NCBI GenBank assembly: GCA_977017645.1
Contig: OZ360225.1
Coordinates: 69,874,001 to 69,938,000 of the forward strand
From: Torpedo marmorata
Taxonomy: Eukaryota
DNA: 64,000 nucleotides
Direction of reading: 5' to 3'
Shown here one piece after another: positions 26,401-38,475 of this stretch. The stretch's first letter is position 1, and each line of letters starts with the position of its first letter. Both the position numbers and the translations under genes were made by a program. A model generated the notes under the pieces. It did no database searches. It worked only from the letters and a program-made list of their open reading frames with translations, and was not told the origin of the DNA.

Positions 26401-27299
26401 CACCAACCGTGCCACTTTTAAACTCTCACTTGCCTGCCTTCCATTTGGAGCTCTATTTCTCTCTCTCCTTAGTCTTTGTTCAGCTACCTATCTCTGTAGC
26501 TTAAAACGTTCCCCAATGGCACCAACAAGCCTAGCCTACCCAGAAGGATGTTGGTTCCAGTCTATGTGAATTGCAACTTATTTGGCCTGCACAGATTCCA
26601 TCTTTCCCAGAACTGATCCTAGTGCCCTCAGAATCTAAAGCCCTCTCCTGCTATATCTCTCCATGCACACATTCATCTTCACTATCCTCCTACTTCTATA
26701 CTCTATGTATGGCACCATGGGTTGTCTGTAGATTGTCGCTTTTAAAGTCCGATTTTTTTTAAAAATCTCTTCCCTCACTCATTGAAATATGCTTGCAGAA
26801 TCTCATCCCATTATCCACATATATTGCTGTTACTAGTGTGGACCACCACCTTTGGCTGTTCAACACCTTTGAAGAATGGCAATCTTGAATTCACCACACT
26901 TGTGAGTAACCATAGCTGGTTGCTGCTAACAGTCCCCAGATCATCAGTTGCAGCTCATTAGCACAAAATATTGAAGAGAAGCCATCTTGTGACCAACAAT
27001 TGAGCATATATATTGCATGAAATCAATTGTATATAAAGCAGCAGCTTCTATTCTTTGATTAAACCAATTTTAAAATTGCACCATGTTTGTTTTGAAGGAT
27101 GTCAGCGTTTTGCTCTCCAAAATGTTGGCAGTTTATCATGGACAGATGTTAATTATTTATGAAACCATATGTATTTTACCAATCCTAATCAATGAGTGAA
27201 TATTACTGTTCCAGGACATTTCCCGACACAAATATTGCACTTTGCTTCATCTAAGTCTATTTTTTATTTTCCCCAAATATTTATCTTTACCAAATCTGA

Positions 27300-28770
27300 T
27301 AGAAACTCTGCAGACGCTTTCTTTGTAGTTCATACACAAAAGTGCTGAAGAAACGAAACAGGTCCCTCATCATCCATAGGAGGCAAAGGTATATAACTAA
27401 CATTTCGGGCCTGTGCCCTTCATCAAAGTATGAGCAAAGAGCAGGCAGGCACCTGAATAAGAAGGTGGGGGGAAGAGGAAAGAAGGGGCTGGGGAGGGAG
27501 CACAGGCCAACAGACAAGAGGCCATAGGTCAGGGGTGGCCAAACTTGCTTAACATAAAAGCCACATACGATAAACTTCAGATGTTTGAGAGCCGCAAGCC
27601 ATGAAAAAATATTACATACACGTTTTTACTCTTACCTGCATATTTTGTTACAAAACTTTTATATAAATATTAAGAAATACATGTACGTAAAATATTTATT
27701 CATGTATGTAGTTTTTAAACTGCTAATTTGTATTAGTTTCAATAATCAAAAAGTACACATATATGTACGAAATATTTTCAAAATCCTGACTGATTTTCTG
27801 TGGAAATCACTGCCCAAGGAAGCAGTAGAGGCTGCTTCATTATCTGGTATCTCCTCCAGCCAACATATCTCCGTGAGCTGCACGTTACACATCAAAGAGC
27901 CACATGTGGCTCACGAGCTGCAGTTTGGCCACCCCATGCCAAAGGTGGACACGTATTGGAGTACAGCAGAGAAAAGCTGAGAATTGATCAGGGTAAGAGG
28001 GTGGACAAGAGATGGAGGAATAAGGAAAGAGAGAAAGATAAGGAGTGGGGAGCTCGAGGAAAGGAGACATAGGGATAGGAAAAGAGGGAGACGGTGGGGG
28101 TGGGAGCGGCTAACGGAAACCGGAGAAGCCAATGTTAATGCCATCTAGTTGGAGAATGCCAGACGGAATATGAGGTGTTGTTCCTCCAGATTATGGGTGG
28201 TCTCACCCCACCAGCCTTTGCATTCAACATACCATCTGTACTCTGCAATTTCCGCCACCTACAATGTGATCCCACCATCAGACTCATCTTCCCCTCGGTC
28301 CGCAGCAATGACAGGGATCTCCCAGTAGCCAACCATTTCAATTCTGCGCCCCACTTCCACGCTGACATGTCTTTCCATGGCCTCTTGCACTGCCAAACTG
28401 TGGCCACCTGCAAATTGGAGGAGCAACACCTAATATTCCATCTAGGCACTCTCCAACCGGATGCCATTAACATCGACTTCTCCGGTTTCCGTTAGGCCAC
28501 TACCCTGTTTCCCTCTCTTCCCAAATCCTTTTCTCCAGCTCTCCATCCCCTTCTTTCTCCAGACAGAGAACTATCCCCTCCCCTATCACCTCAGCTTTTT
28601 TCTCTTGTTCCCTCTGACTCATATCCACTTTTAACCTCTTGCTGTGGGCATGTGCTCCTCACCTGCTCCTCCCCCCACCTTTTTATTCAGGTGCCTGCCT
28701 GACATGGTCTTTGCCTCCTCTGGACGCAGCTGGACCTGCTGAGTTTCTCCAGCAGTTTTGTGTACAGATT
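27300..28770. mobile_element. Penelope-like element with inverted (foldback) structure
   Basis: The + arm encodes a GIY-YIG C-terminus PVANHFNSAPH.HADMS.HGLLHCQT.ATCKLEEQHLIFHLGTLQPDAINIDFSGFR* (to 28495). The left arm (27300-28205) is a reverse copy of the same 3' region with a hammerhead-like motif at about 27397-27430. Confidence 0.82.
27530..27938. mobile_element. hAT-type non-autonomous DNA transposon nested in the Penelope arm
   Basis: TIRs CAGGGGTGGCCAAACT and AGTTTGGCCACCCCATG. 8-bp TSD CCATAGGT (27522-27529) and CCAAAGGT (27939-27946). Confidence 0.85.
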
Positions 28771-31700
28771 TTATGCTTGTTTTTACTAAAAAATGATCTC
28801 TCCAAAAATGCAAATTAAACAATATAAACAGTGGATGCCTCACCAAACTCATTTTACTACCCAAAGTCATCCGTTTTGTAGATCAGGAAAGGTTACACAA
28901 ATTGAATATATGCTCAGTATACTGCCTAAGTTTCCGCAACATTTGTCGCGCTTCTCCCGAAGTTTACTGTTTTCACAGGTAAACTTAGTGAAACTAGTCT
29001 ACTCTAGAAACGATACTGTTTAAATTTTTGAGTTAACTGTAAAGCAAATATGTTGAAGTAGCAGCTCTTAATGAAGAGTAGACAGTGAGCATTGTTTTCA
29101 CAGCTGTGTTTTCTCTTTGTTGTGCAATGAAGACTAATGTGTTTGTACACCAGGACGAGTGCAAACATTACTTTTTGTTGGAAGCTGTGTGGGGAAGAGT
29201 GTGATGTTGGAGGAGGGTGTAATGGGGGAGGAAGATAGATTGATGTCAGGATTTTCCAAGTAATGCACAAAAAATAACCGAAATATCACAAAACAGAGAA
29301 GCATCTCCAGCTTGTCGGAAGTATTTAGTAAATGTTCCTAACTGTGGGCACCTACTTTTTTTTTTTTTTTTGTGCTTTACTTAAGAGGTTTCTTTGATGG
29401 TTTGACCATGCGTTGAAGATTGAATGCATTCAAACTCCCGGAACACCAACGTTTGACTGCCTTTGTTTTCTTTTGCTGAACTGTTTATTTTTGTTTCTTC
29501 CCACGCTGTTCATTGGCTTCACTTGCATAACAGCTTTTCTGCATGATTTGCATTCCTCGAGGTTGAGTGTCTCCTGATTCTTCCGGCCACATGGCTTTGC
29601 AGCCTTGATTACTCCTTCACTCAAACTTTCATTTCTTGCAGTAATTAGCTCGTTCATTACTCCCACGTGTTCAACTCAATTCGGTTTTATCTGCGGCTTT
29701 TCTCTGACTGCTGTTATTTCCATTTGGGAATAAAGTTTTTTTTTTGGGAGGAGGGGAGATGGGAGTAATAGGAAGTGAACCCGCTGTCTGGTTAATGTTC
29801 GGTTTGGAAGGGCAATTCTTTTCTCAGACATAGCGATCACACTCGCCCGAAACTGCCGCCTGAGGATTACATGGTCCAGGTCTGATGCAGCCATTGAATG
29901 TGGCATGAACTGTGGTCTATTTCCATCTGTAGATGTAGGGCTGGGCAAGAATTGCCGTATTTCCTGACATCATTGGCCTCTGCTTCGAAGGTGACCGAAA
30001 CTTCATTTCCCCTGCCCCCACGAGGTTACAAGTCGAGCAAGTACGTGAATATGTCTTGCGAAATCTGATCGTTCGGAACTTTAGGTGAAGGCAGAACCAG
30101 CAGTGGGTGGGGTGGTTTTAAACTACTGGGCGTGGTGGGGGTTACAAACCATTTTGCCCTCTCTATTGACTGGCTGTAGGGAAATAAATGCACACGTCTG
30201 GTCTACGGGTTGTGTAGGATCTGAACCTCTCATTCTGCCGCTGTCAATTTTGAGCCCCATTTGACAACTTAAAATCAGAGACTTGTCCAATGTGCATTGC
30301 ACTCTCTATGAATAATGCAATTTAAGAGATGATTACAATTCATTGCAACAGTATGGGTCAAACTAGCTTAAACCGCATGCAGCAGTGAGATAAGTGAGTA
30401 CTACTTCACCTCCAACTGTTTTTTTAAGAAAGCGCTGTTCGCTGAACGTACGCTAGATTGAATTGCTGTCTCAGATGACGCAACGACGCCTTTAACTTAC
30501 TGCAGGGAGCGTTAATTTTCTTCGAGGAGAGCTATGTGTTAGATAAAATTGCTGCATTTCAATTGGGTCCTAAAATCCAGTGAAATCAAATAGTTCTGAA
30601 GTATGTTCGATTTTTTTAAAAATTGCAGTATACTCCCCAAACCTTCACCACATTCCCTGTAACGTCACTCGTTTTCCACTGAGCATCTTCTGCTGGAGTC
30701 GGGGTCTTTTTCTCCTATTTTACCGTTGTCATTACCCCTCTCCCGTCCATTAAACCCCACCACCCATTTCGTCTTGGAGTGTCTGAGGCATCACGTCCAA
30801 ACCAGCATTATAGATAGGCGATTCGCTCCCTGACTTCTCTTTATGTTCCTTTAATCCGAATATTTGGGGCACATAAGGATGTGTATATTTATTTATCTAT
30901 TGCTAAGTCCCCTGCCCCAGAGCTCTCGTTGAGACGTGCTTTGGAAACATTTAAAGCTGCAAATGAATCGGCAGTTTATGACGGTAGAGTATATACCCAT
31001 AATTTAAAGAATTCACTTTAAACTCAGGTGACCTTCCTTGTGCACGTGGGAGTTTTTTCCTCTCCCTTCCATCCCACAGACATATCCCAGACACCTATCA
31101 GCGAAGCTCCTGGAGCACCCATACAATTACACCCTAATGATCTTTTGATATATGTGCAACAGAACTCGACTCTCACTCCATTGCTCGTTCTTTCACACGC
31201 AGCTTGATAAATGATGTAATTTTTTCTCTCCATCCTAAACTTAAAATATGCCAGTTTCCACAAGTTGCTTGTTTTCATTCTAGACTGATGCCCCAGTGGT
31301 TGTGAAATTAAACCCTGCTCGCGAAATTGAGGAATGAAGTCATGTGGAAAATGCTGGATTTTTGTAAAAGAAAATATGAAAAATTCATTTGGGGATACTT
31401 CACAGCTAATGAAATACTTTTGACATTTGAAACGTGGGAAATCAGGAGCCAATTAGCAATCAGGAAAATTTCACGGCTATAAAATACATTATAAATATTC
31501 GTCAGAGCCCTTTTATTTACACACTATTTTAAAATCACGTGATTTGACCCCTTATGAAAATACAATACATGATGTTGCTGGCATCTCCAGAGCATTAACG
31601 TCAATTTTAAAAGAATGTTCTGTGTTCTACATTTAACTTTTCTATGTTCTGTGATTTTCTGACGTTGCATGACATTGAGGGTGAAATTCCTATAATTAAT

Positions 31701-33974
31701 CTCAAAGCAAACGTCCCTGCGCGGAGATCATGATTTTTCACTGTGTGCTCACTTCAGCAATTAAAGGAATTTAAAATCTATATAGCCTCTCCTGTTTGTC
31801 AGCTTTATGCCACGAACACAATATACTTACTATTCATTTATTCAAAATGTAAGAAAGTCGTCTACATAACTAAGTACAACCTTTAGTGTGAAGCGTGGTC
31901 TCTTTCAAGAATGCTGTTTGCACATCTCATTAAAAACAATCTTGGAACTGCTCCTCTTTTGCTACCTCTTTCCATCAGTATCTTTTTTCGTGTGGCGGAC
32001 TCAGCACACATCACCCTTGTATTTTATATATATATGGTGTTACGAGTGAGGTCTACACAGACTGACTCGGGGAAGGGGGACCTTTGATGCAACACCAGAG
32101 ACTGTTAGTGCCCCATGAATGTCAGACAGAGTGCTGCAATTAGCTTCAAACCTTTGAAGCACCAAGCTTTTAATCAGTTTAGGCTAACGGTGAAAACTTG
32201 AGTCTTATTTTAATTATTTTCAAACGATCACAATGGCCTGATGTGACAGTTGAGTTTGGGTTCGCCAAATTTTAGGTATTAATGGATTTTAAAGAAAGCT
32301 GAGGAGTAGCTTCGCCTTTTACAAAGTTCATTTTTTAAGATTGATTATTTTTTTAAGGTGAGATTTCCGTCTTTAATTTAAAAAAACGAACGAAAAAACA
32401 CTCATGACCATGCAGTGATGTGGCCGCATTAATCTCGGAAGGAGAAAAGAGAGCTCCAGCAATGAATGAAACTGTGAAGGGGAAGAGAGCAGGTCAGTTG
32501 CCACTTACAATTGTATGTGTGTAGATCAGTGGGACAGCTACCGAGATGGCAAGACTTCATGATTAATGGCGTTTATTCTTGACACAAGCCCCTTTATTTA
32601 TCTGCAGCGCAGTTTAGTGATATTATCGCTCACCTGAATGAAAAATATTCAGTCATACCAACATTGCGGTGTAAATTGAGTAGAGTCACTTTTTTATTCT
32701 ATCTTTAAGCCTTATCGCCTGCGCAGTAATTTTCTTGCTGAAGCTTGATATGGAGAGGCAGGATTGAGCTGCACTTGACACAAATCTGTTTCAATTTCCA
32801 CGAGAAGTTCGAGTTGCTCACGGAAATATATGGGAAACGTGTCTCCTCTCAGAATAAATACTGATAAGTATTTCATTAAATATGTAAACAAGTAATAGTC
32901 GAGAGTTTTTGGACCTTCCTGACACTCAAATGCAGACCTGAGTGCTGCTTGTTTGCATACCGCGCTTGTCCTTCCACTTTCTTCCAATCAATCATCATCC
33001 AATTCCAATCAGCATGCAAGCAGACACTATCATTCATCCTGAGAGTAATTTTTGAACTGGGCATACTGAGCTTATAATGACCATACGGCACATTAGTCAC
33101 TGCGATAACGGCCGGCGACACCCGCTGAAAAAATCTCCACATTCTCATGACGTGCTCGGAAATTAGAACAAATGTTAAACAAATGTTTATTCGATTAGCT
33201 GGCTTTAACGGGATTACATGTGAGGGGAACTTGTGACATTGAAGTGACTGGAGCTTTTGGAAGTGTAGTTGCTTGTTACACTATCCTCGAGTCAATGTGC
33301 TCTTGCCTCGAGTGACTCCGGCACCGTGCTGGGAATCGGGACCCCTGGGCTTTGTACATTCTCCCAAGTACGGAGGCTGCCCGCAACGAATTTTTAAGTC
33401 ATTCCCAAAACAAAGCACCCGTTCTGGAGATTTATTGTGTTTATTTCTATCTTTGCAGGCTGCAAGTTTCTGTTGTTTTAACTGGTCACAATTAACCTCC
33501 TGAGAGTTATGAACGTTTCACGGGAATGGGCAGGGTTTATTGGAGTTCATTCGGCCGATTCCAAAATTGGGCAAAAATAACCATTGTAATTTAATCCAAC
33601 AGAAGACCAAACCATGCTCTCCTAAAACAGTATTTTCTGGAAGCAATTATAGAAAAACAACACAAACTTTTTTTTAAACAATGGGCAACATTTTAGAATC
33701 AAAATACATCAACGAATTCATATCGGTCCAAGGCAGTTGCGGAATAAAACAGGGCAACGGTAATGATAATCACAAAACCAAGGCCGTGAGGGAGGAAATC
33801 TACCATTTTTGCCTGGTTTGACTTCTAGTGACATCAAACACACAGTAAAAAGGTTGACTTTTTAAATACTCTCCTCCATGGCTAAACAAGCCGGAGGTAA
33901 TTAAGGATGGGCAATAAATGCTGCAACTGCCAATGACGCCTTCATTCTGAAAAACGAATACATGGTGGACTGCA

Positions 33975-34235
33975 CACTGGCACAGCTGATAAAGCCTCTG
34001 CCTAGTAACGCCCGAAACTCGGGTTCAATCCTGACCTCAGATGCTGTCTGTGTGTAGTGGAGTTTGCACGTTTTTTCGTGTGACCATGTGGGTTTCCTCC
34101 CACATCTCAAAGATGTGTGGGTTGCTAAGGTAAAGGTAGCCTGTAGGTTGGTGGGAAGAGCTGAAAAGAATGTGGGGAGAATTGGAAAAAATAGGATTAA
34201 GGTTAGATCAGTGTAAAAAGGGATGGTTGATAGAC
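33975..34235 (+). mobile_element. HE1-like SINE
   Basis: B box GGGTTCAATCCTGACC followed by GCTGTCTGTGTG..GAGTTTGCACGTT..GTGGGTTTCCTCCCACATCTCAAAGA. Confidence 0.8.
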
Positions 34236-34694
34236 TCTATAGGCTCCTGCCAAATTCTCTTTGAGTCTGTTAGGGAGAAATATTACACAATAGCCTTCCC
34301 ATATAGGTCCTGGTTCTTGGAATGTGCTACTTGGCAATATTCACTCCTAAGACAACTTTTAAAAGGCAGGGTTTGGGGTGGATCGTGACTTCCTTCACTA
34401 AGATGGTTGCATTACAACAGCAGTTGGATAACTTATGTGTCCCAGGGAACAGCTATAGAGTAACATTAGGACAAAACCCAATGCATCCTTTCTGCGTTAT
34501 GGGAATTCCATTTGGTGACGGGTCACAGTTTCATCCTGGCTGCAGCTTAGGTAGCTGCACTGACGCTCCAAGTGTTTTGGAAGGAGATGTGGTTGGTGAT
34601 GAGGAAGGAGGGCTTTCCTCATCACAAATCCAGCCACATTCCGGTGCCTATTGGGCCTTTAGTAAAGGGCCTGGTTGGGCCTGCAACTGTTCAC

Positions 34695-35790
34695 AATAAA
34701 CATAAATGATTTGGAAGAGGGGACAGACAAACTGTAAGTTTGTTGATGACATTAGATTAAGTGTAAAAGCAAAATGTATAGGTTAGTGAAAGAGCAAGGA
34801 TCTGGCAGATGGAGAATAATGTTGGTAAATGTGATATCATCCACTTTGGAATGAATAATAGTAGATCTGATTGTTATGGCCCCCTCAGGACTTTTCTCAA
34901 AGTTTATGGGCCCCATTCCCTGTGAAGCTGTCAAGTTTAGTTGGTTTCTTCTGTACTTCTCTCCTACCGACTACATGAAAAAACATAAAAAATGTTTTGT
35001 GATTTCAGTCTGTGACCCCCTTAAATGTGCTGTAGCTCCCATTGAGAATGGTGAAAAATTGCAGCATGCGGTTGTGCAGAGAGACCTGCGAGTGATTATG
35101 CGTGAATCTCAAAAATTTAGTTTGTTGGTGCAATAGGTAATCAAGAAGGCAAATGGAAAGTTGGCCTTAATTGCTAGAGGGACTGAATTTATGAGCAAGG
35201 AGGTTCTGCTGAAACTGTACAGGAAACAGGTGAGGTTGCACCTGGAGTACTGATCTCCTTGCTTGAGGAAGGATATACTGGCCTTAGAGGCAGTGCACAG
35301 GAGGTTCACCAGGTTGATTCCACAGATGAGGGCGTTAGCCTATGGGGTGAGATTAAGTCACTGGGACTATACGCACTGGATTTTAGAAGAATAAGAGGGG
35401 ATCTCATAGAAACGTTTAAAATTAAGAAAGGGAAAGATAAGATAGAGATAGGAAAGTTGTTTCCATTGGTGGGTGAGACCAGAACTGAGGGTCATAGCCT
35501 CAATATTCAGGGGAGTATATTTAAGGCAGAGATAATTAGGAACCGGTTCTCACAGATAGTTGTGAATCCGTGGAATTCTCTGCCCAAAGAAGCAGTGGAG
35601 GACATCTCATTAAATAAACTTAAGACACAGATAGATAATTCTTTGTATCATAGGGGAATTAAGGTTTATGGAGAAAAGGCAGGTAAGTGGAGCTGAGACC
35701 ATGGCCAGATCAACCATGATCTAATTGAATGGCAGAAAAGGCTCGATAGGCCAGTTGGCCTGCTCCCACTCCTGTTTGTTGTGTTCTTCT
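34695..35790 (+). mobile_element. CR1-type LINE 3' portion, with a probable MITE remnant at about 34875-35050
   Basis: ORF 35259-35696 includes RRIRGDLIETFKI..LFPLVGETRTEGHSL..FSQIVVNPWNSLPKEAVE. Confidence 0.85.
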
Positions 35791-36319
35791 CTAAAATGCA
35801 CAATTGAGTCCACTCTCTCCTTTCCCCTCAAAATTTTGAACATGTTCCAGGCCAACCATAGTTTGGTAATTCTCATCTTCAGAAACTTCTCCATTGGAGG
35901 AGCTGGGAGAAGGCAGTGCAACTTGCCCGACATTCAGTAATCAAGCGTTGTCTGAGCCTTCTTGTAGTCGTGGACAGAGAGAACCTCAGGTTTTATACCT
36001 GGGCTTCATCCCCAGAGGAAAGCTCACACAAAGTTAGCCATCAGGAGTGCTACAATATTACAGGCACTGTCTCTGTCTCCATAATGATCTTCTCTCTTGG
36101 ACCTCCAGGCAAAGTGGAAACTAGCTTGGGTGGAATTATGAAAGTGGTGTTACAGAGATTTACCCAGACGTGCTTTATAGAACTACAACGTGGGCACTTC
36201 ATTCCTTGTCAGTCATTTTATTAAACAAATGGCTGAAACACATTGAATACCAGTCTCCCATTGATTCCCCTGTTATTGCTCAGTTTTCTCTTTATGTGAG
36301 AGACTGAGAGTGGGAAATA

Positions 36320-36640
36320 GGCACCACAGTGGCACAGCTCATGGAGCTGCTGCCTTGTAGCCCCAGCAACCGAGGTTCAATTCTGACTTCTGGAGCAGTC
36401 TGTGTGGAGTTTGCACTTTCTCCTTTTGGCCATGTGAATTTTCTCCAGGTGATCCAGTTTACACACATTTCCCAAAGGCACTGTAAATTGATCCTAGTCT
36501 GCAGGTGAGAGATGATGGTACAATCAGTTGGGGGGGGGGGGTTGGAATTGATGGGAATGTGAAGAGAATAAAAACTGTCATTAGTGCCTTATTACTGAAA
36601 ATGGGTGGTTGATGGTTAGTGAGCTGAAAGGTGTGTGCAC
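36320..36640 (+). mobile_element. HE1-like SINE
   Basis: GGCACCACAGTGGCACAGC..GCTGCTGCCT..GGTTCAATTCTGAC..GTCTGTGTGGAGTTTGCAC. Confidence 0.78.
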
Positions 36641-37469
36641 CTGCTGCATGAGTCTACAACATACTCCTTTCCCCAGCCACCCACCTTTATCTAATTGCAT
36701 GTTTTGGAGAGGAAAATCATCTACTTTTCCTGGTCCCCTTTGCCTCATGTCAATCCTGGAATGAGGGCTGGAATGGGTTATTCCACTTGCACGCATGGTT
36801 CCTCTTCACAAATAAATTATAGGTAAGATACCAGGAAATAAGAGCCTGTTGGTCACTTGAGACACATATGTGCTATATTGGTAAAACAGCTATGGAAAAA
36901 ATGTCCCAAATCAATTTATTTAAATTCCTCTGATTTAATATTAATTTATAATAATTTAGTAATATTTCACTATCCCTTAAATCAGAGTTTCCTTAATTAC
37001 AAAAAAAGTTTTAATTTTCTATCTGAAGTCAGCAGTAGAACATGCAGGCTGAGAAAGGAAATGCATTTCAAGATTTCCGTGTTTTCTGCAATATGCATGA
37101 ATTCGCTGAGTTGGTGTTCATTACAGGAATGTGAAGCATTAAACAGTAGCTGCTAATTAGTGCTCAGTTTAACTCTGTAAATGTCAATCAAACTATTAAG
37201 TTTAATTAACTGCACCACTTCTGAAACATGCTTCCAGGTAATAAAATGCATTTCTGTTTCCTTGCAGTTGGCTGAACTGAGATGTATCTTTGAATTCTAG
37301 AATACTGTAGGCATTCTAAGAAATGATTGTATTGCATTAGAAGAAAACTTCATTTTGCATGTTTCACTTTAATACGTTACAACTAATGTCATAAACTTAA
37401 AGTGTAGTCAATGTGGTAGTGTGGGAAATTCAGCATCCAATTTCTACACAAAGATTTGCGATGGCCATA

Positions 37470-38115
37470 TTAAAAAAAAAGATGCTGAAAACTCTCAGAA
37501 CATCAGGTAGAATCTGTAAAGAAAATGTTTCTGTTTAATAACCCTCCATCAGAATTGGGAACATGAGAAAACTAGTTAGTTTTAAGTTGTGAAGAGAGTG
37601 AGGAGGAAAGATAGGACAAAGGGAACATCTCTGATAGGGTGAGGTCAGATTTGTTGAGGCGGTTGATCATCTTATGCAGTTGTGTGGTTGATAGTTCATT
37701 GGTAATTAATGTTTTTTTTCCCTCTGCAGACAATGTCTAATGCGCTATCCATTTTCAACATTTTCCTTTCGGTTTCAGCAACAACTCTCACCTGCATTTC
37801 ACAGCTTTCACATGTCCCTTTGTTTTTTTTCTCTAACTGTCCTGATTTCTCCATCAACCCCACAGCTCCATAAACAGCACAATGACCTCAGCAGCATTGG
37901 ACAGAGATATTTCCCCTCTCCATCTGCCCTCCACTCTCTCCGCAACATTAAAATAATTTGTTTTCTCACTTAAGTAAAGACTCAGTTTGCTCAATTTCTC
38001 ATTTCTGATAAAGGGTCTTCAACTTGATACATTAATAGAGGTTGCCTGACACGCTGAGGGGTTTCAGCATATTGTATTTTGTTTCATATTTCCAGCATCT
38101 GCTTTCTTTAGATTT
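37470..38115. mobile_element. Old Penelope-derived foldback element inside a Deu-SINE remnant
   Basis: Inverted ends GATGCTGAAAACTCTCAG..CAGGTAGAATCT and GCCTGACACGCTGAG..TTTCAGCAT..TTTCCAGCATCTGC, with a degenerate CTGATAAAGGGTC motif. Confidence 0.55.
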
Positions 38116-38154
38116 TCAAGCAATGATCACATAATTTGTTTTAACAATACTGAA

Positions 38155-38182
38155 GTGCTCGCTTTGGCAGCACATATACTAA
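38155..38182 (+). pseudogene. 3'-truncated U6 snRNA retrocopy (first 28 nt)
   Basis: GTGCTCGCTTTGGCAGCACATATACTAA equals U6 nt 1-28 with one CpG transition. Flanked by direct repeat TAACAATACTGA (38142-38153 and 38180-38191). Confidence 0.92.
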
Positions 38183-38339
38183 CAATACTGATGGAAATAT
38201 TAAGTATTGACCAAGAGATGAGAGAACACTTGTGCTGTTCTTTTATATCCATCCATGAGAGTAGTTTAACATCTCACATGGAAGACTGTGAGTGGAGTTA
38301 CCTGTGAGTAGGTTCTTCAGTACTAAGAACTTTAGCACA

Positions 38340-38475
38340 TTGGAGAAACAGTTCTACAACTAGAGAAACAACACTTCATATTCAGCCTGGCTAGTCTACA
38401 ACACAATGGAATGAACACTGAATTTTCTAATTTCAGTCTCCCTCTTATTCTGATCCACCCAGGTTCTCCCTCCCC
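38340..38475 (+). mobile_element. Penelope GIY-YIG C-terminal fragment
   Basis: Translates LEKQHFIFSLASLQHNGMNTEFSNF, homologous to LEEQHLIFHLGTLQPDAINIDFSGF at 28.4 kb. Confidence 0.65.

Noticed and set aside
31024-31452. 142-aa minus-strand ORF in the CpG-rich block
   Set aside because: No recognisable domain, and the length is within chance range.
38155-38182. Functional U6 gene
   Set aside because: Only 28 nt, no evident upstream promoter, and flanked by a TSD.
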